From NCBI GenBank assembly GCA_038205115.1, contig JBBRCE010000011.1, forward strand, positions 260 to 64,259: a stretch of DNA of 64,000 nt, given 5' to 3'. Below, piece after piece: positions 20,432-30,310 of the stretch (positions are counted from its first letter, which is position 1; each line of letters opens with the position of its first letter). Both the position numbers and the translations under genes were made by a program. This DNA is from Pirellulales bacterium. Lineage in GTDB: Bacteria > Planctomycetota > Planctomycetia > Pirellulales > JBBRCE01. The notes beneath the pieces are model-generated. The model did not search any database. It worked only from the letters and a program-made list of their open reading frames with translations, and was not told the DNA's origin.

Positions 20432-21451
20432 CTAACTCAGTTGCCAAAGTGCCATTTTCAGCGAGTCGCCCAGACGCTTATTCACACCCAGTACGGCTGC
20501 CGGCTCGAACCCGCAATGCACCATGCAGTTTTCGCAGCGAACATCATTGCCTTGGCCGAGCTTGTCCCAGTCAGTGAGTTGCACCAAATCCTGATACGTA
20601 TCGTGGTGGGTGTCAGTAATTAGGTAACACGGACCCTTCCAGCCCTTGATGTTGCGGGTGGGATTTGCCCAGGCCGCACATTTCAGATCGCGTTCGCCAC
20701 GTAGAAATTCCAGATAGATCGGCGACGTGTTCAGCTTATGCCGCTTCAATAAGTCCTTTGCAAGTTTGAACTTGGCGTGTACATCGGCGCGGGTCATGAA
20801 GATTTGTTGTGCGCCGAGCGGATTGGTGTCCTGAACTGCCGAGTAGCCGTAAGCCGGCGACAGCATATAGCCATCGACGCCCAGTTCGGACAAATAATCG
20901 TACAGCACGGCGATCTCGTTCATATCCGTCTCTTTGTAGATCGTCGTGTTGGTGCAGACCATGAAGCCGGCGGCTTTAGCAGCCTTTATGCCTTCGATGG
21001 CTTCTTGAAACACGCCTTTGCGTTCCACCGCTAGATCGTGCGAATCTTCCATGCCATCGAGATGCACATTGAAGAAGAAACTGCGGCTGGGTTTGAAACC
21101 GGCCAATTTCTTCTTGATGAACATGCCGTTGGTGCAGAGGTAAATGTGCTTTTTGCGCTCGAGAATCTTGGCCACCAGCTCTTCTAGGCCGGGATAGATC
21201 ATTGGCTCGCCGCCGCAGATGCTGACGATCGGTGCGCCGCACTCGTCGACCGCCGCCAGGCATTCTTCCACGGTCAGCTTGTCTTTGATGGTGCTGACGT
21301 ATTCGCGAATCCGCCCGCAGCCCGTGCAAGTGAGATTGCAAGCGTGCAGCGGCTCAAGCATTAACACCAGCGGAAACTTCTCGCGCCGGGCCAATTTCTG
21401 CTTGAGCAGGTAGCCGGCCATCTTACTGGTGAGAGAAAGCGGAAATCGCAT
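20432..21451 (-). CDS. hpnH: Hopanoid-biosynthesis-associated radical SAM protein HpnH (adenosylhopane synthase)
   Basis: 'FPLVLMLEPLHACNLTCTGCGRI' has the CxxxCxxC radical-SAM motif in the HpnH-typical N-terminal context. The gene lies immediately downstream of squalene-hopene cyclase. Confidence 0.8.
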   Translation of the reverse strand: MRFPLSLTSKMAGYLLKQKLARREKFPLVLMLEPLHACNLTCTGCGRIREYVSTIKDKLTVEECLAAVDECGAPIVSICGGEPMIYPGLEELVAKILERKKHIYLCTNGMFIKKKLAGFKPSRSFFFNVHLDGMEDSHDLAVERKGVFQEAIEGIKAAKAAGFMVCTNTTIYKETDMNEIAVLYDYLSELGVDGYMLSPAYGYSAVQDTNPLGAQQIFMTRADVHAKFKLAKDLLKRHKLNTSPIYLEFLRGERDLKCAAWANPTRNIKGWKGPCYLITDTHHDTYQDLVQLTDWDKLGQGNDVRCENCMVHCGFEPAAVLGVNKRLGDSLKMALWQLS

Positions 21452-21545
21452 GTGCTAAGCCGTACGGGAGAGGAGTGATTGCAAAAGGAAAGATGCAAAT
21501 TGAAGTCGGTTGGTCAGACAATGGTCGAGTGTTTATCCGTCGCGT

Positions 21546-23702
21546 TCAATCCACGGCCGCAATCAGCGCGGACGCCTCGGCCAAGCGAATGGTAGCGGTT
21601 TCCACTTCGCGGAGGCTCGCGCCAATGGCCACAGCCCAGCGCGAAAGCGCCATCAGCGGAAAGTAAATCGGATACATGTGGTAGCGGAGATAGAACACCC
21701 GCGGAAAACCGGTGCCGGTGAACTCCGCCTCGTCCCAGGTGCCGTCGGCCCGTTGATGCGAAAGCAAATATTGGATGCCGCGGGCAACGGCCGCATGTTC
21801 ATGCTTGCCGGCAGCCACCAAGCCCATCACGGCCCAGGCGGTTTGCGAGGCGGTGGTTTTGCCTTGGCCTTTGAGGTGCGGATGCACGTAACTATCGGGC
21901 GATTCGCCCCATCCGCCGGACGCCTGTTGATAGGCCAGCAACCAGTTTGCGCCGGCAACGACCGCCTGATCGTCACATGGTACGCCAACTGCCGTCAACC
22001 CCACGATCACTTGCCAGGTGCCGTAAATGTAATTGACGCCCCAGCGGCCAAACCAACTGCCGTCGGCTTCCTGACATTTCCGCAAATAAGCCACGGCGCG
22101 ATCGACGGCCGGATGCCCCACGCGGTGCCCCGTTTGCGCCAGTGATTCCAAAACACGGGCCGCCAGATCGGGCGTGCTCGGGTCGATCATGGCGTTATGA
22201 TCGGCAAACGGCACGTAGCACAGAAATTGGCGGTCGTTATCGCGATCGAACGCGCCCCAGCCGCCGTCTTTGTTTTGCATGGCCAACATCCAGCGTTCGG
22301 CCCGGTCGCTGGATGCGGCAATTCGATCCAGTGTCATGACCTGCTGTTTGGCATTGGCACGGCTATCGGCCTGACTGGCAACCAGCAACCGCAAACCGGG
22401 CGGCAAAGCGTCGTCCGAGACGATCGGCTCGGCAAACTGCCCACGCAGCGCCATCAAGACCATGGCCGTATCGTCCAAGTCCGGGTAAAACTCATTGGCG
22501 TGCTCAAAGCACCAACCGCCGGGCGCGGCGTTGACGGTTTTTGCCCAATCGCCTTTGCGAGTGACTTCCTGCGAGAGCAGCCACTCGACCGATTTGCTGA
22601 CGGCCGGATGATCGGGCTCGACGCCGCTATCCGACAGCGCCCTCAGCGCAATGGCGGTATCCCACACCGGCGACTTGCACGGCTGCAACCGCGCGGTTTC
22701 GTCTTCTTCGATGATCAGGCCTTCCAGCCGATCGTAGCAATATTCCAGTTCGGGGCTTTCGTCGCGGTAGCCCAGGCAGCGGAGCGCGATCACGGCCCAA
22801 ATCATGGGCGGAAAGATCGCGCCGAGGCCGTCGCTGCCTTCGAAACGCTGGACCATCCATTTTTCCGCGGCCTTCAACGCGCGCTTGCGAAACATCGAAG
22901 CGTTGTTGCGTTGCAGCCATTTGAGCAGCGTGTTGGTGGTCTGAAAGAAACCGTCCCAACTGAATAGGCCCGTGCCGCGATTCAACCCCGGGCAGCGTAG
23001 CGGCGGCCATTGGCTGGGTTGTTTGATGAACAGTTCACGAATACCGCGGTGCGCCTCGACTTGTCGCCGGGGCTGGCAGGCCGAAATGATCGAAAGCGGA
23101 ACCAAAATCGTCCGCGACCAAGCGCTGCAACTGTAAAGGTTGACCGGAAACCAACTGGGCAACAGTACGAATTCCGGTGGAACGGCCGGGCATTCTTCGT
23201 AAGAAATCTGCCCCAGCAGCGCCAGGTAAAAACGCGTGAAGCTGTTCACCGAGTCCGCGCCGCCGTGCGCCAAAATGGCCGCCCGCGCGCGCTGCATCGG
23301 TTCCGTGGCCGGATCGTGACCGGTGAGCTTTAAAGCGAAATAGGCTTTAACGCTCGCGCTAATTTCCACATCGCCGCCGGGATACATGGCCCAGCCACCG
23401 GACGCCAACTGCTGATTGAGCAAGTGGCGGGCACATTTTTCGGCAATGATCGATTGCTCTTGGCCCAAAAATGCCAGCAGCAAGATGTATTCGCTCTCGA
23501 GGATCGTGTCGCCTTCAAGCTCGCCAACCCAGTAGCCATCGGCGTGCTGTTCGGAAAGCAGCCATTGGCGGGTGCGAAGAATGGCATTGCGCAACGGCGC
23601 GACAAAGCGGCGATGGCTTGCGGCTTCTGACATCCTGAACTCCGAGTTACCGCCTTCGTACCCATCCATGGGCGCGAGCCGGACGCGACTGGGGGATTTC
23701 AT
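21546..23702 (-). CDS. shc: Squalene-hopene cyclase
   Basis: Catalytic 'DLDDTAMVLMAL' (DxDDTA) motif. Multiple QW motifs (e.g. 'RKCQEADGSWFGRWGVNYIYGTWQ'). ~720-aa terpene-cyclase alpha/alpha toroid protein. The start is uncertain: MKSPS at 23702, while the ORF is open to 23786. Confidence 0.9.
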   Translation of the reverse strand: MKSPSRVRLAPMDGYEGGNSEFRMSEAASHRRFVAPLRNAILRTRQWLLSEQHADGYWVGELEGDTILESEYILLLAFLGQEQSIIAEKCARHLLNQQLASGGWAMYPGGDVEISASVKAYFALKLTGHDPATEPMQRARAAILAHGGADSVNSFTRFYLALLGQISYEECPAVPPEFVLLPSWFPVNLYSCSAWSRTILVPLSIISACQPRRQVEAHRGIRELFIKQPSQWPPLRCPGLNRGTGLFSWDGFFQTTNTLLKWLQRNNASMFRKRALKAAEKWMVQRFEGSDGLGAIFPPMIWAVIALRCLGYRDESPELEYCYDRLEGLIIEEDETARLQPCKSPVWDTAIALRALSDSGVEPDHPAVSKSVEWLLSQEVTRKGDWAKTVNAAPGGWCFEHANEFYPDLDDTAMVLMALRGQFAEPIVSDDALPPGLRLLVASQADSRANAKQQVMTLDRIAASSDRAERWMLAMQNKDGGWGAFDRDNDRQFLCYVPFADHNAMIDPSTPDLAARVLESLAQTGHRVGHPAVDRAVAYLRKCQEADGSWFGRWGVNYIYGTWQVIVGLTAVGVPCDDQAVVAGANWLLAYQQASGGWGESPDSYVHPHLKGQGKTTASQTAWAVMGLVAAGKHEHAAVARGIQYLLSHQRADGTWDEAEFTGTGFPRVFYLRYHMYPIYFPLMALSRWAVAIGASLREVETATIRLAEASALIAAVD

Positions 23703-24292
23703 ATCCTCAACCTTGTTGCAAATTCCGTTTTGCAGGGCCCAGCGATCCGTCGCTGCGGCCGGCGGCATCGTGCCGCGTGGAAGCAAAACTTAAGTCATGG
23801 CGGCAATCGTGGCAAGTCCACTGGTCGCAAAACGTTAAATCGACAACACACTGGCGAAAACAGGCAAACCTTAATGCGAGCCAGGATCGCTTTGGCGTCA
23901 TTATTGAATGGCCGCCGTCGAACGCCTGAGGAACGGCGGAAAAATAACTTCCTCTGAATGAGACGCACGCTGCCCACTGATTGCACCCGTCGATTTGAAG
24001 ACAAAACGGGGCGTATCGATCGGTCGTTGTCGAGTCGCATGAATTGGAATCCGATATTTTCACCGCAAAAGTGCAAAGTGCGCGAAGAAAAATCCGTCAG
24101 AACCATCACCTGCTCACAGCTTGCTCAACCACGTTCGAAAGCACTTTTTGCTCCTCGACTCTTTGCCTTTTCTTCGCGTCCTTTGCGACTTCGCGATGAA
24201 CTCCACGCCTTCTCGCTCGAGCAAGTCAGGATCTACGCGTGATCGCATGCGTCGACACGTACGAAAAGGCGAAGTTGTTTTTCGGTCGTTCC

Positions 24293-24904
24293 TTAGCCAC
24301 CGTCGGTCACGAGCGATTGGTTGATGTACGCCGCGATGAAATCCCAGGCGCGACGCTCCGGCTGGCCGGCCGTTTTTTCGACGATGATCGCCAGCCGGCG
24401 AAGTTCGGCTTGAATTTCGGCGTGGGGTAAAATCGCAATTCGCGTGGCCATGATGGCGGCCTCCAAAACGGCGTGTTTGGCGCGGTTGAAACCCACAAAA
24501 TCCCGCAAACGCCCAGAGCCAGTGACTTCGGTTTGCACTTCGGCGCGCGCCGACGAATCGTCAATGGACGTCACGCGCACCGCGTACCAACGACAAGCGT
24601 CGGCAATCACCCAGCCGGCGTCATCCGGCGCGGCGAACAGCGGTGGAAGCGCTTCTAAGCGACCAACGGCCGCGCGGGCCAAAAGTTCGACATCGTCGGT
24701 TACGTGAAACACGCCACGGCCGCTGGCCCGCAGATTGGCAAAGGTTTGCGATGTTTGAAACGGCCGAAAACGCAGTATCCGCCAAGCCGGGTCAACAATT
24801 GGTCCCATCGGCGCGACATTGATCGTGCCGTCGGCAGCGGTGGTGGTCAAAACGCCTTCGATGATCATGGCTGCCGCGGGAAAAAAACTATTTAGAAACG
24901 GCAT
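24293..24904 (-). CDS. DUF447-like protein (FMN-binding split-barrel fold predicted)
   Basis: The ORF is open from 25495, but the domain begins at MPFLNSFFPAAAMIIEGVLTTTAADGTINVAPMG, which resembles DUF447. The 5' 200 codons are probably read-through and were not included. Confidence 0.55.
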   Translation of the reverse strand: MPFLNSFFPAAAMIIEGVLTTTAADGTINVAPMGPIVDPAWRILRFRPFQTSQTFANLRASGRGVFHVTDDVELLARAAVGRLEALPPLFAAPDDAGWVIADACRWYAVRVTSIDDSSARAEVQTEVTGSGRLRDFVGFNRAKHAVLEAAIMATRIAILPHAEIQAELRRLAIIVEKTAGQPERRAWDFIAAYINQSLVTDGG

Positions 24905-25044
24905 CCGAAACAACCGCCCTCGGGTTGTAAAATCAACAGCCGCGGTTGACTCGCCCGCATTATCATAGCGAAAATTTTGACCGCCACGGAAAGCGCGGCG
25001 ATGCTTATTCTGTGAGCGGACCTGATCAGGCCATGCAACCAGAG

Positions 25045-25431
25045 CTAAAACCATTTCAGATGATGCGCCAGCTCGCCGAGTCCGAACGAGGCCAAATTGG
25101 CCAGCGTCACCGCCGCAAAGTCGCGCAGCGTGGCAGCGTTGCTGACTGGCCGGCGGCGAATCCAAACCAGCCAAAACAACAGGCACTCCGCCACAGGAGC
25201 GAAGATTTCGGCCACCCACAAATATTCCGCGTTGGTGCGGTCCGCCATCAGCAGCGGCAGCACCAAAATCACAATCGGATATGTACAGGCCGTCAGCCAA
25301 ACGCCGGCAATCAATCGGTCGCGGAGCGTGTGACGCGCCGAAAGCAGCGCCAGTAGGACGGGCGTCTCGATGACGATGCTGAAAAAATATCCCACCGGCA
25401 GAAACGACCAAAGCTGCGTCGCGTATGGCAT
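25045..25431 (-). CDS. Small multi-pass membrane protein, hypothetical
   Basis: Internal Met MPYATQLWSFLPVGYFFSIVIETPVLLALL... with 3-4 predicted TM helices. Lies between two same-strand genes with short gaps. Confidence 0.45.
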   Translation of the reverse strand: MPYATQLWSFLPVGYFFSIVIETPVLLALLSARHTLRDRLIAGVWLTACTYPIVILVLPLLMADRTNAEYLWVAEIFAPVAECLLFWLVWIRRRPVSNAATLRDFAAVTLANLASFGLGELAHHLKWF

Positions 25432-25454
25432 TGGCGGTGACCGGTTTCGAGTTA

Positions 25455-26474
25455 TCAGAGAAGTCTGAGCAGAAACGGCGCTTCGGCCAGCACATGCAGC
25501 ATGGCCACCGTGAAGTAGACGTCGCGCGTCAGCGGGTAGTCGGCCAGAAAGCCGCACCAAAATCCCAGCACAGCCAGCGTGCCCAGCGCCAGCGCCCCGC
25601 CGACAAACAATCGCCAGCCGCCGGAGCGTCGCGCCAGCGGCACCTGTCGAATTTGCCACGGCTTGGCCGTCAGACTCACCAGCGGAACCACCAACAGCCA
25701 GACGCTGTAATGTATGGTCTCTAAGAACACATGCGTGGCCACGAGCAGGTGGCTAGAAACGCCCGGCAAAATGTCCGAGCCCGCGTGCTGAGTGATCCTC
25801 AGCGACAGCGCGTCCGCGCCGGGCAGCGACGGCTGGCTGGCAAGTCGCCACCACAATCCGCACAGCAGCAGCGGCAGCAGCAACAGCACGCGGCGATAAG
25901 CCACTTGCCATTCCGGACGGCGGCTTTTCAACTCGCGATCCAGAAAACAGAGCGCCACCAGCGGATGTAGATAAACCAGCGCCAAATCCCATGGTCGCGG
26001 CCAGATCCATGCGGCGGCAATCAGCAAAAAGGCTGCGGGGATCAACCAGGCCCAGGCGCGCCGCGGATTCTGCCGACTGCGGAGTTGCGTGAGCGTTAGC
26101 AGCCAGAGCACCAAAACGGTGTTCCAGATGGCCAGCGCCGCGAGCCAGCCTTCTTCGCTCAGGTTCAGTTTGTGCGTCAGCCAAGGCAGGGCTGCAAACG
26201 CGGTGGTCAACGTCAACACGCCGCAGATGCCGGTCAGATAGTAGCTGCGCAGCGGACCCCAACGCGCCGGCATGCGGTTAAACATGTACCGGGCTTCCAT
26301 CCAGTTGTGCGGCCCCGCGAACAGAAACACCGTGACGATCGAAAATCCTAGCGGCGCCCAGCCCGCCAACAGGCAACTGGCGGTCGCTACGACAATCGCC
26401 ACAGCGGCGAATAACCGCGCAGACCCTGGCAAAGTCCGGGCGGGCAGCGGCGAAATGGCAGCGACAGTCGACAT
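25455..26474 (-). CDS. Polytopic membrane protein, hypothetical
   Basis: 339 aa with ~8 hydrophobic segments. No recognisable family. First gene of a three-gene same-strand cluster. Confidence 0.6.
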   Translation of the reverse strand: MSTVAAISPLPARTLPGSARLFAAVAIVVATASCLLAGWAPLGFSIVTVFLFAGPHNWMEARYMFNRMPARWGPLRSYYLTGICGVLTLTTAFAALPWLTHKLNLSEEGWLAALAIWNTVLVLWLLTLTQLRSRQNPRRAWAWLIPAAFLLIAAAWIWPRPWDLALVYLHPLVALCFLDRELKSRRPEWQVAYRRVLLLLPLLLCGLWWRLASQPSLPGADALSLRITQHAGSDILPGVSSHLLVATHVFLETIHYSVWLLVVPLVSLTAKPWQIRQVPLARRSGGWRLFVGGALALGTLAVLGFWCGFLADYPLTRDVYFTVAMLHVLAEAPFLLRLL

Positions 26475-26502
26475 CGTGAATCCGCAACAGCAGCCTCAAA
26501 AA

Positions 26503-27087
26503 TCAGAGGCCGCCCGTATTCCATGCCTTGGAAAGATCCGTCAGATACGACTCGGGCAGCACAAGCTTGATTTCGTCGCCGTCCTGGCTAATTTCCACGC
26601 TGACAGACTGCTTGAGTCCGGCAACGTTGGCTTCTCGCCGATATCCGAGCGGCGGTCCTGCGTTGCCATTCGCCGTGCCGATCGCAATCGCCGTAGTTAG
26701 GCACGCCAAGCAAACGCCGGCTGCAATGCGCCAACGCCGTTTGAGCCTGGGCAGAAAGATCAGGCTCACCGCCGCCAGGGACATCGCCATGCCAGCGATG
26801 ATGGTCCGCGTGCCGCTGTCGTTGGAACTCGATTTTCCGGCCGCAGCGTTTTGATCCAGCAGTTTTTTCGGAACGACGAGCTTGGCGGTCGTGGCTTTGG
26901 GGTCGATTACAAATTTTAACGCGGTCGGTTTGGCTTCCGCCACTTTGCCATCGGGCTTCTTTGCCGCGGGCGCTTCTAAATCGGGGCGCGGTCGAGGACG
27001 GGGACCAGGTCCGATATCGGCCCACGCCAATTGGGTGCTGATGCCGCAAACGGCGACTGCCGCTGCCAAAGTCTTAAAGCGATCCAT
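26503..27087 (-). CDS. Hypothetical secreted/membrane protein
   Basis: Start MDRFKTLAAAVAVCGISTQLAWA (signal peptide), Pro-rich segment PGPRPRPRPD, and a C-terminal hydrophobic segment. Confidence 0.5.
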   Translation of the reverse strand: MDRFKTLAAAVAVCGISTQLAWADIGPGPRPRPRPDLEAPAAKKPDGKVAEAKPTALKFVIDPKATTAKLVVPKKLLDQNAAAGKSSSNDSGTRTIIAGMAMSLAAVSLIFLPRLKRRWRIAAGVCLACLTTAIAIGTANGNAGPPLGYRREANVAGLKQSVSVEISQDGDEIKLVLPESYLTDLSKAWNTGGL

Positions 27088-27349
27088 GGCCAACTCCATT
27101 TTGAAAAGCCAACATTCGCGCGGATTGCGATGCGAAAAACATCGGTCGATCGCCGCGCCGCGCGTAAAAAGTTTTTAGCAAACCGGAGTCAGGTTAGCCG
27201 ACGTGCTTGGCGGCGTCAAACTTTTGCCATCGGGAATTCCGCCCATCGAAACGCGAGGTGCCCCGACCGTTCGAACTGCTCGAAGATACCGCGGCACAAT
27301 GCTGTACAATCCCCGCAGGCTTAGCGCCGGCGTTCACCCCGACAAGCCA

Positions 27350-28735
27350 CTAATTGCTGGCCTTGGCCTTTTTCACCTTGGCCGGTGCGCCAGGCTCATC
27401 GCCGTCGCTGTCGCCGCCGCCGTTGCCCCACAGCGGTCGCACGAGCGTGGCATTCCAAGCATCCCATTTGGTCTGCAGTTCCTTCACTTTATCCGGCATG
27501 CTCGCGGCCAGATCTTTCGATTCGCCCAGGTCCGCCGTCAGATTGTAGAGCTTGGCTTCCGTGACCGGCTTTTTCTTTCCGGCAGCGCCGTCCACAGCGC
27601 TGTCGTAACGCACGAGCTTGAAATCGCCGACGCGGATGGCCATTTGCTGGCCAAAACGCCAATAGAGCGCGTCGTGCGGCGCGCCGGATTTCTCGCCCGT
27701 GAGATACGGCATCAGATCCACACCGTCCAACTTCCATTCCGGTTTGATGTCCACGCCAGCCAGGTTCAGTGCCGTGGCCGTGAGATCAATTTGCAGTGCC
27801 GGCTGATCGTACACGCCGGGCTTGACGTGGCCCGCCCACGAGACGACAAACGGCACGTGGATGCCGCCCTCGAGCGTGGTGCGTTTTGAGCCGCGAAGCG
27901 GATCGTTGCGCGAAGCATTGACGGTGGTGCCCGGCATGGTCGGGCCGCCGTTGTCGCTGATGAAAATCACGAAGGTGTTTTTCTCAATGCCGGCGTCGAC
28001 CAGATATTTCCGAACGCGGCCAATGTTTTCGTCCATGGCCAACATCATGGCATCGTAGGTGCGGCGTTTTTTGTCGACAACGCTGGTAAATTTTGCCAGC
28101 CGATCGTCGGTGGCATTCAGCGGCGTGTGGACCGCGTTGAAGGCCAGGTACAGAAACCACGGCTGCGACTTGTGCCGCTCGATAAACGAAATCGCTTCGC
28201 GACCAAACGCATCGGTCGTGTAGTCGAGTTCTTTGACCTGCTCGTCACCGCGCAGAATGCCGGTACGATCGAAGTAGCTGTGTGCTCCGCCCAGAAATCC
28301 GAAAAACTCATCAAAGCCGCGCTTCATGGGGCGCATTTCTGGCGGCGCGCCGAGATGCCATTTGCCGACGATGCCCGTCGCGTAACCCGCGCTACGCAGC
28401 CTGTCGGCAATGGTCGTCTCGCTGACCGGCATGCCGTCCTTACCATTGGGATTGAACTCGTGGCCAAACCGCTGTTGGTAGCGCCCGGTCATTAGGGCCG
28501 CGCGCGTTGGCGAGCAATACGGACCGGTCACATAGCCATTGGTGAAATTCATGCCCGACGCCGCCAGCGCATCGATATTCGGCGTGGGGATGTCGGGGCA
28601 CTTATGGAATCCGACATCGGCGTAGCCCATGTCATCGCCGACGATGAACAGCACGTTGGGGCGAGCATCGGCGGCCAGGGCGCGGACGCTGGCTGCGCAG
28701 ATCGCGGCCCAAATCAAACAGCGGAGCATTTTCAT
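27350..28735 (-). CDS. Sulfatase (arylsulfatase family, formylglycine-dependent)
   Basis: 'PNVLFIVGDDMGYADVG' and the sulfatase signature 'CSPTRAALMTGRY'. Signal peptide. The start was chosen at MKMLRCL. Confidence 0.9.
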   Translation of the reverse strand: MKMLRCLIWAAICAASVRALAADARPNVLFIVGDDMGYADVGFHKCPDIPTPNIDALAASGMNFTNGYVTGPYCSPTRAALMTGRYQQRFGHEFNPNGKDGMPVSETTIADRLRSAGYATGIVGKWHLGAPPEMRPMKRGFDEFFGFLGGAHSYFDRTGILRGDEQVKELDYTTDAFGREAISFIERHKSQPWFLYLAFNAVHTPLNATDDRLAKFTSVVDKKRRTYDAMMLAMDENIGRVRKYLVDAGIEKNTFVIFISDNGGPTMPGTTVNASRNDPLRGSKRTTLEGGIHVPFVVSWAGHVKPGVYDQPALQIDLTATALNLAGVDIKPEWKLDGVDLMPYLTGEKSGAPHDALYWRFGQQMAIRVGDFKLVRYDSAVDGAAGKKKPVTEAKLYNLTADLGESKDLAASMPDKVKELQTKWDAWNATLVRPLWGNGGGDSDGDEPGAPAKVKKAKASN

Positions 28736-28870
28736 CGCAGGTAATTCCGTAAGTGACGTGATTGAGCAGGAGGATTGCACGGCCGCAATTGCTGGCGGGC
28801 AAGTTGTAGGATGCGAGTCGTTCTTGCGGGCGGTTGCAATCGAGTCGTAAGCAGTGCGCAGCGCGGCGTG

Positions 28871-30310
28871 CTATTTTTTCTTCTTGCCGGCCGCACTGCC
28901 GCCCCCGGCCGGGACGGCGTCTTTCATCCAGGCGTCCAGACGCGTGCGCAGTTCTTTGACTTTGTCAGGGTTCTTTTGGGCCAGATCATTTTTCTCGCCG
29001 AGGTCGTCGGCCAGATTGTAAAGTTCGACCTTGCTACTGACGGCTTCGTCGCCGGCGGTTTCTTCCGCATCTTTTTGGTTCGGGTTGACCAGCAACTTCC
29101 AATCGCCCATACGAATGGCGGTCACATTTTTGCGCGTGCCGCACAGCAGCAGCGCTTCGTGCGGCGTTTTGGCGCCTTGAGTAAGCACCGGCCAGATGTC
29201 TTTGCCATCGAGCGGAAGTTTTTGATCGAGCGAGCCGCCGGCAAGTTTGATCAGCGTGGGATACCAGTCCACACCCTGCAGCGGTTCGGCCACCGTCTTA
29301 CCCGCCGGAATGTGACCAGGCCAGTTGACACAGGCGCAAACCCGGATGCCGCCTTCGTAAATGGTGCCTTTGCCGGCGCGGAGTGGCCCGTTATCGGTGA
29401 CCACGTGCGGCGATGGCCCGCCATTGTCGCTGGTAAAAACGATCAGCGTGTTGTCGCGCAGTTTCGCTTCATCGAGCGCGGACAGCACTTGGCCAATGGC
29501 ATCGTCCATGGCGGCCACCATGCCGGCGTAGGTTTTGCGCACGCCCTTCAAATCCTCGAAGGGCTTGATGTAGCTCTCCGGCGCCTGGTGCGGCGCATGC
29601 ACGGCGTTGAATGGCAAATAAAGAAACAGCGGCTTGTCGGCTTTTTTTTCGCGGATGATGCGGCAGGCTTCTTTGGCATCCAGCAGCGTCGAATAGCCCT
29701 CGTCGTGACACGGCTGATCGTCGCGGTGCCAGTCGAGCTCTTTGTCGCGGATGTGCGTGAAATAATCGATGTTGCCAAACCAGTTCCCGTACTGATGATC
29801 GAAGCCGCGATGCGTTGGCAGGTAGTCCGATTGGAATTCGCCCAGATGCCATTTGCCGGTGATCGCCGTTTCGTAGCCGACGTCGTGCAAGGCCTGCGGC
29901 AGCATCCGCTCGTTCAAGGGAAGTCCCCATTGCGCGTGCGGTCGCACGATCGAATACACGCCGGTGCGGATTGCATAGCGCCCGGACATCAGCGTGGCCC
30001 GCGTGGGCGAGCATACGGGTTGCACATAAAACGAAGACAGAATCGTCCCGCCGTGGGCGAGCTTGTCGATGTTGGGGGTGCGTAGATCTTTGCTGCCCAT
30101 GAATCCCGGATCGCCATAGCCCATGTCGTCGGCCACGATCAGCAAGATATTCGGCGCCCGCGCCGCTGGCGCCGTTTTTTGCCCGTCGGCGGCGACAATC
30201 GTCGAGCAGCAGACGGTTGTGGCAATCACCACCGCGGCGAATTTCTGAAGTACTGAAACGCAGTGCATCGCGCCGCAATGGTGACCACCTGAGAACCGAA
30301 TTGTTTTCAT
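28871..30310 (-). CDS. Sulfatase (arylsulfatase family)
   Basis: 'PNILLIVADDMGYGD' and 'CSPTRATLMSGRY'. In tandem with the preceding sulfatase. Confidence 0.9.
   Translation of the reverse strand: MKTIRFSGGHHCGAMHCVSVLQKFAAVVIATTVCCSTIVAADGQKTAPAARAPNILLIVADDMGYGDPGFMGSKDLRTPNIDKLAHGGTILSSFYVQPVCSPTRATLMSGRYAIRTGVYSIVRPHAQWGLPLNERMLPQALHDVGYETAITGKWHLGEFQSDYLPTHRGFDHQYGNWFGNIDYFTHIRDKELDWHRDDQPCHDEGYSTLLDAKEACRIIREKKADKPLFLYLPFNAVHAPHQAPESYIKPFEDLKGVRKTYAGMVAAMDDAIGQVLSALDEAKLRDNTLIVFTSDNGGPSPHVVTDNGPLRAGKGTIYEGGIRVCACVNWPGHIPAGKTVAEPLQGVDWYPTLIKLAGGSLDQKLPLDGKDIWPVLTQGAKTPHEALLLCGTRKNVTAIRMGDWKLLVNPNQKDAEETAGDEAVSSKVELYNLADDLGEKNDLAQKNPDKVKELRTRLDAWMKDAVPAGGGSAAGKKKK

Noticed and set aside
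24905-25495. 5' 200 codons of ORF 24293..25495 (N-terminal extension of the DUF447-like gene)
   Set aside because: Cys/Arg/Gly-rich with no resemblance to anything. It overlaps the terminal part of the upstream small membrane protein gene (25045..25431), and the domain starts cleanly at an internal Met. Treated as read-through rather than coding.
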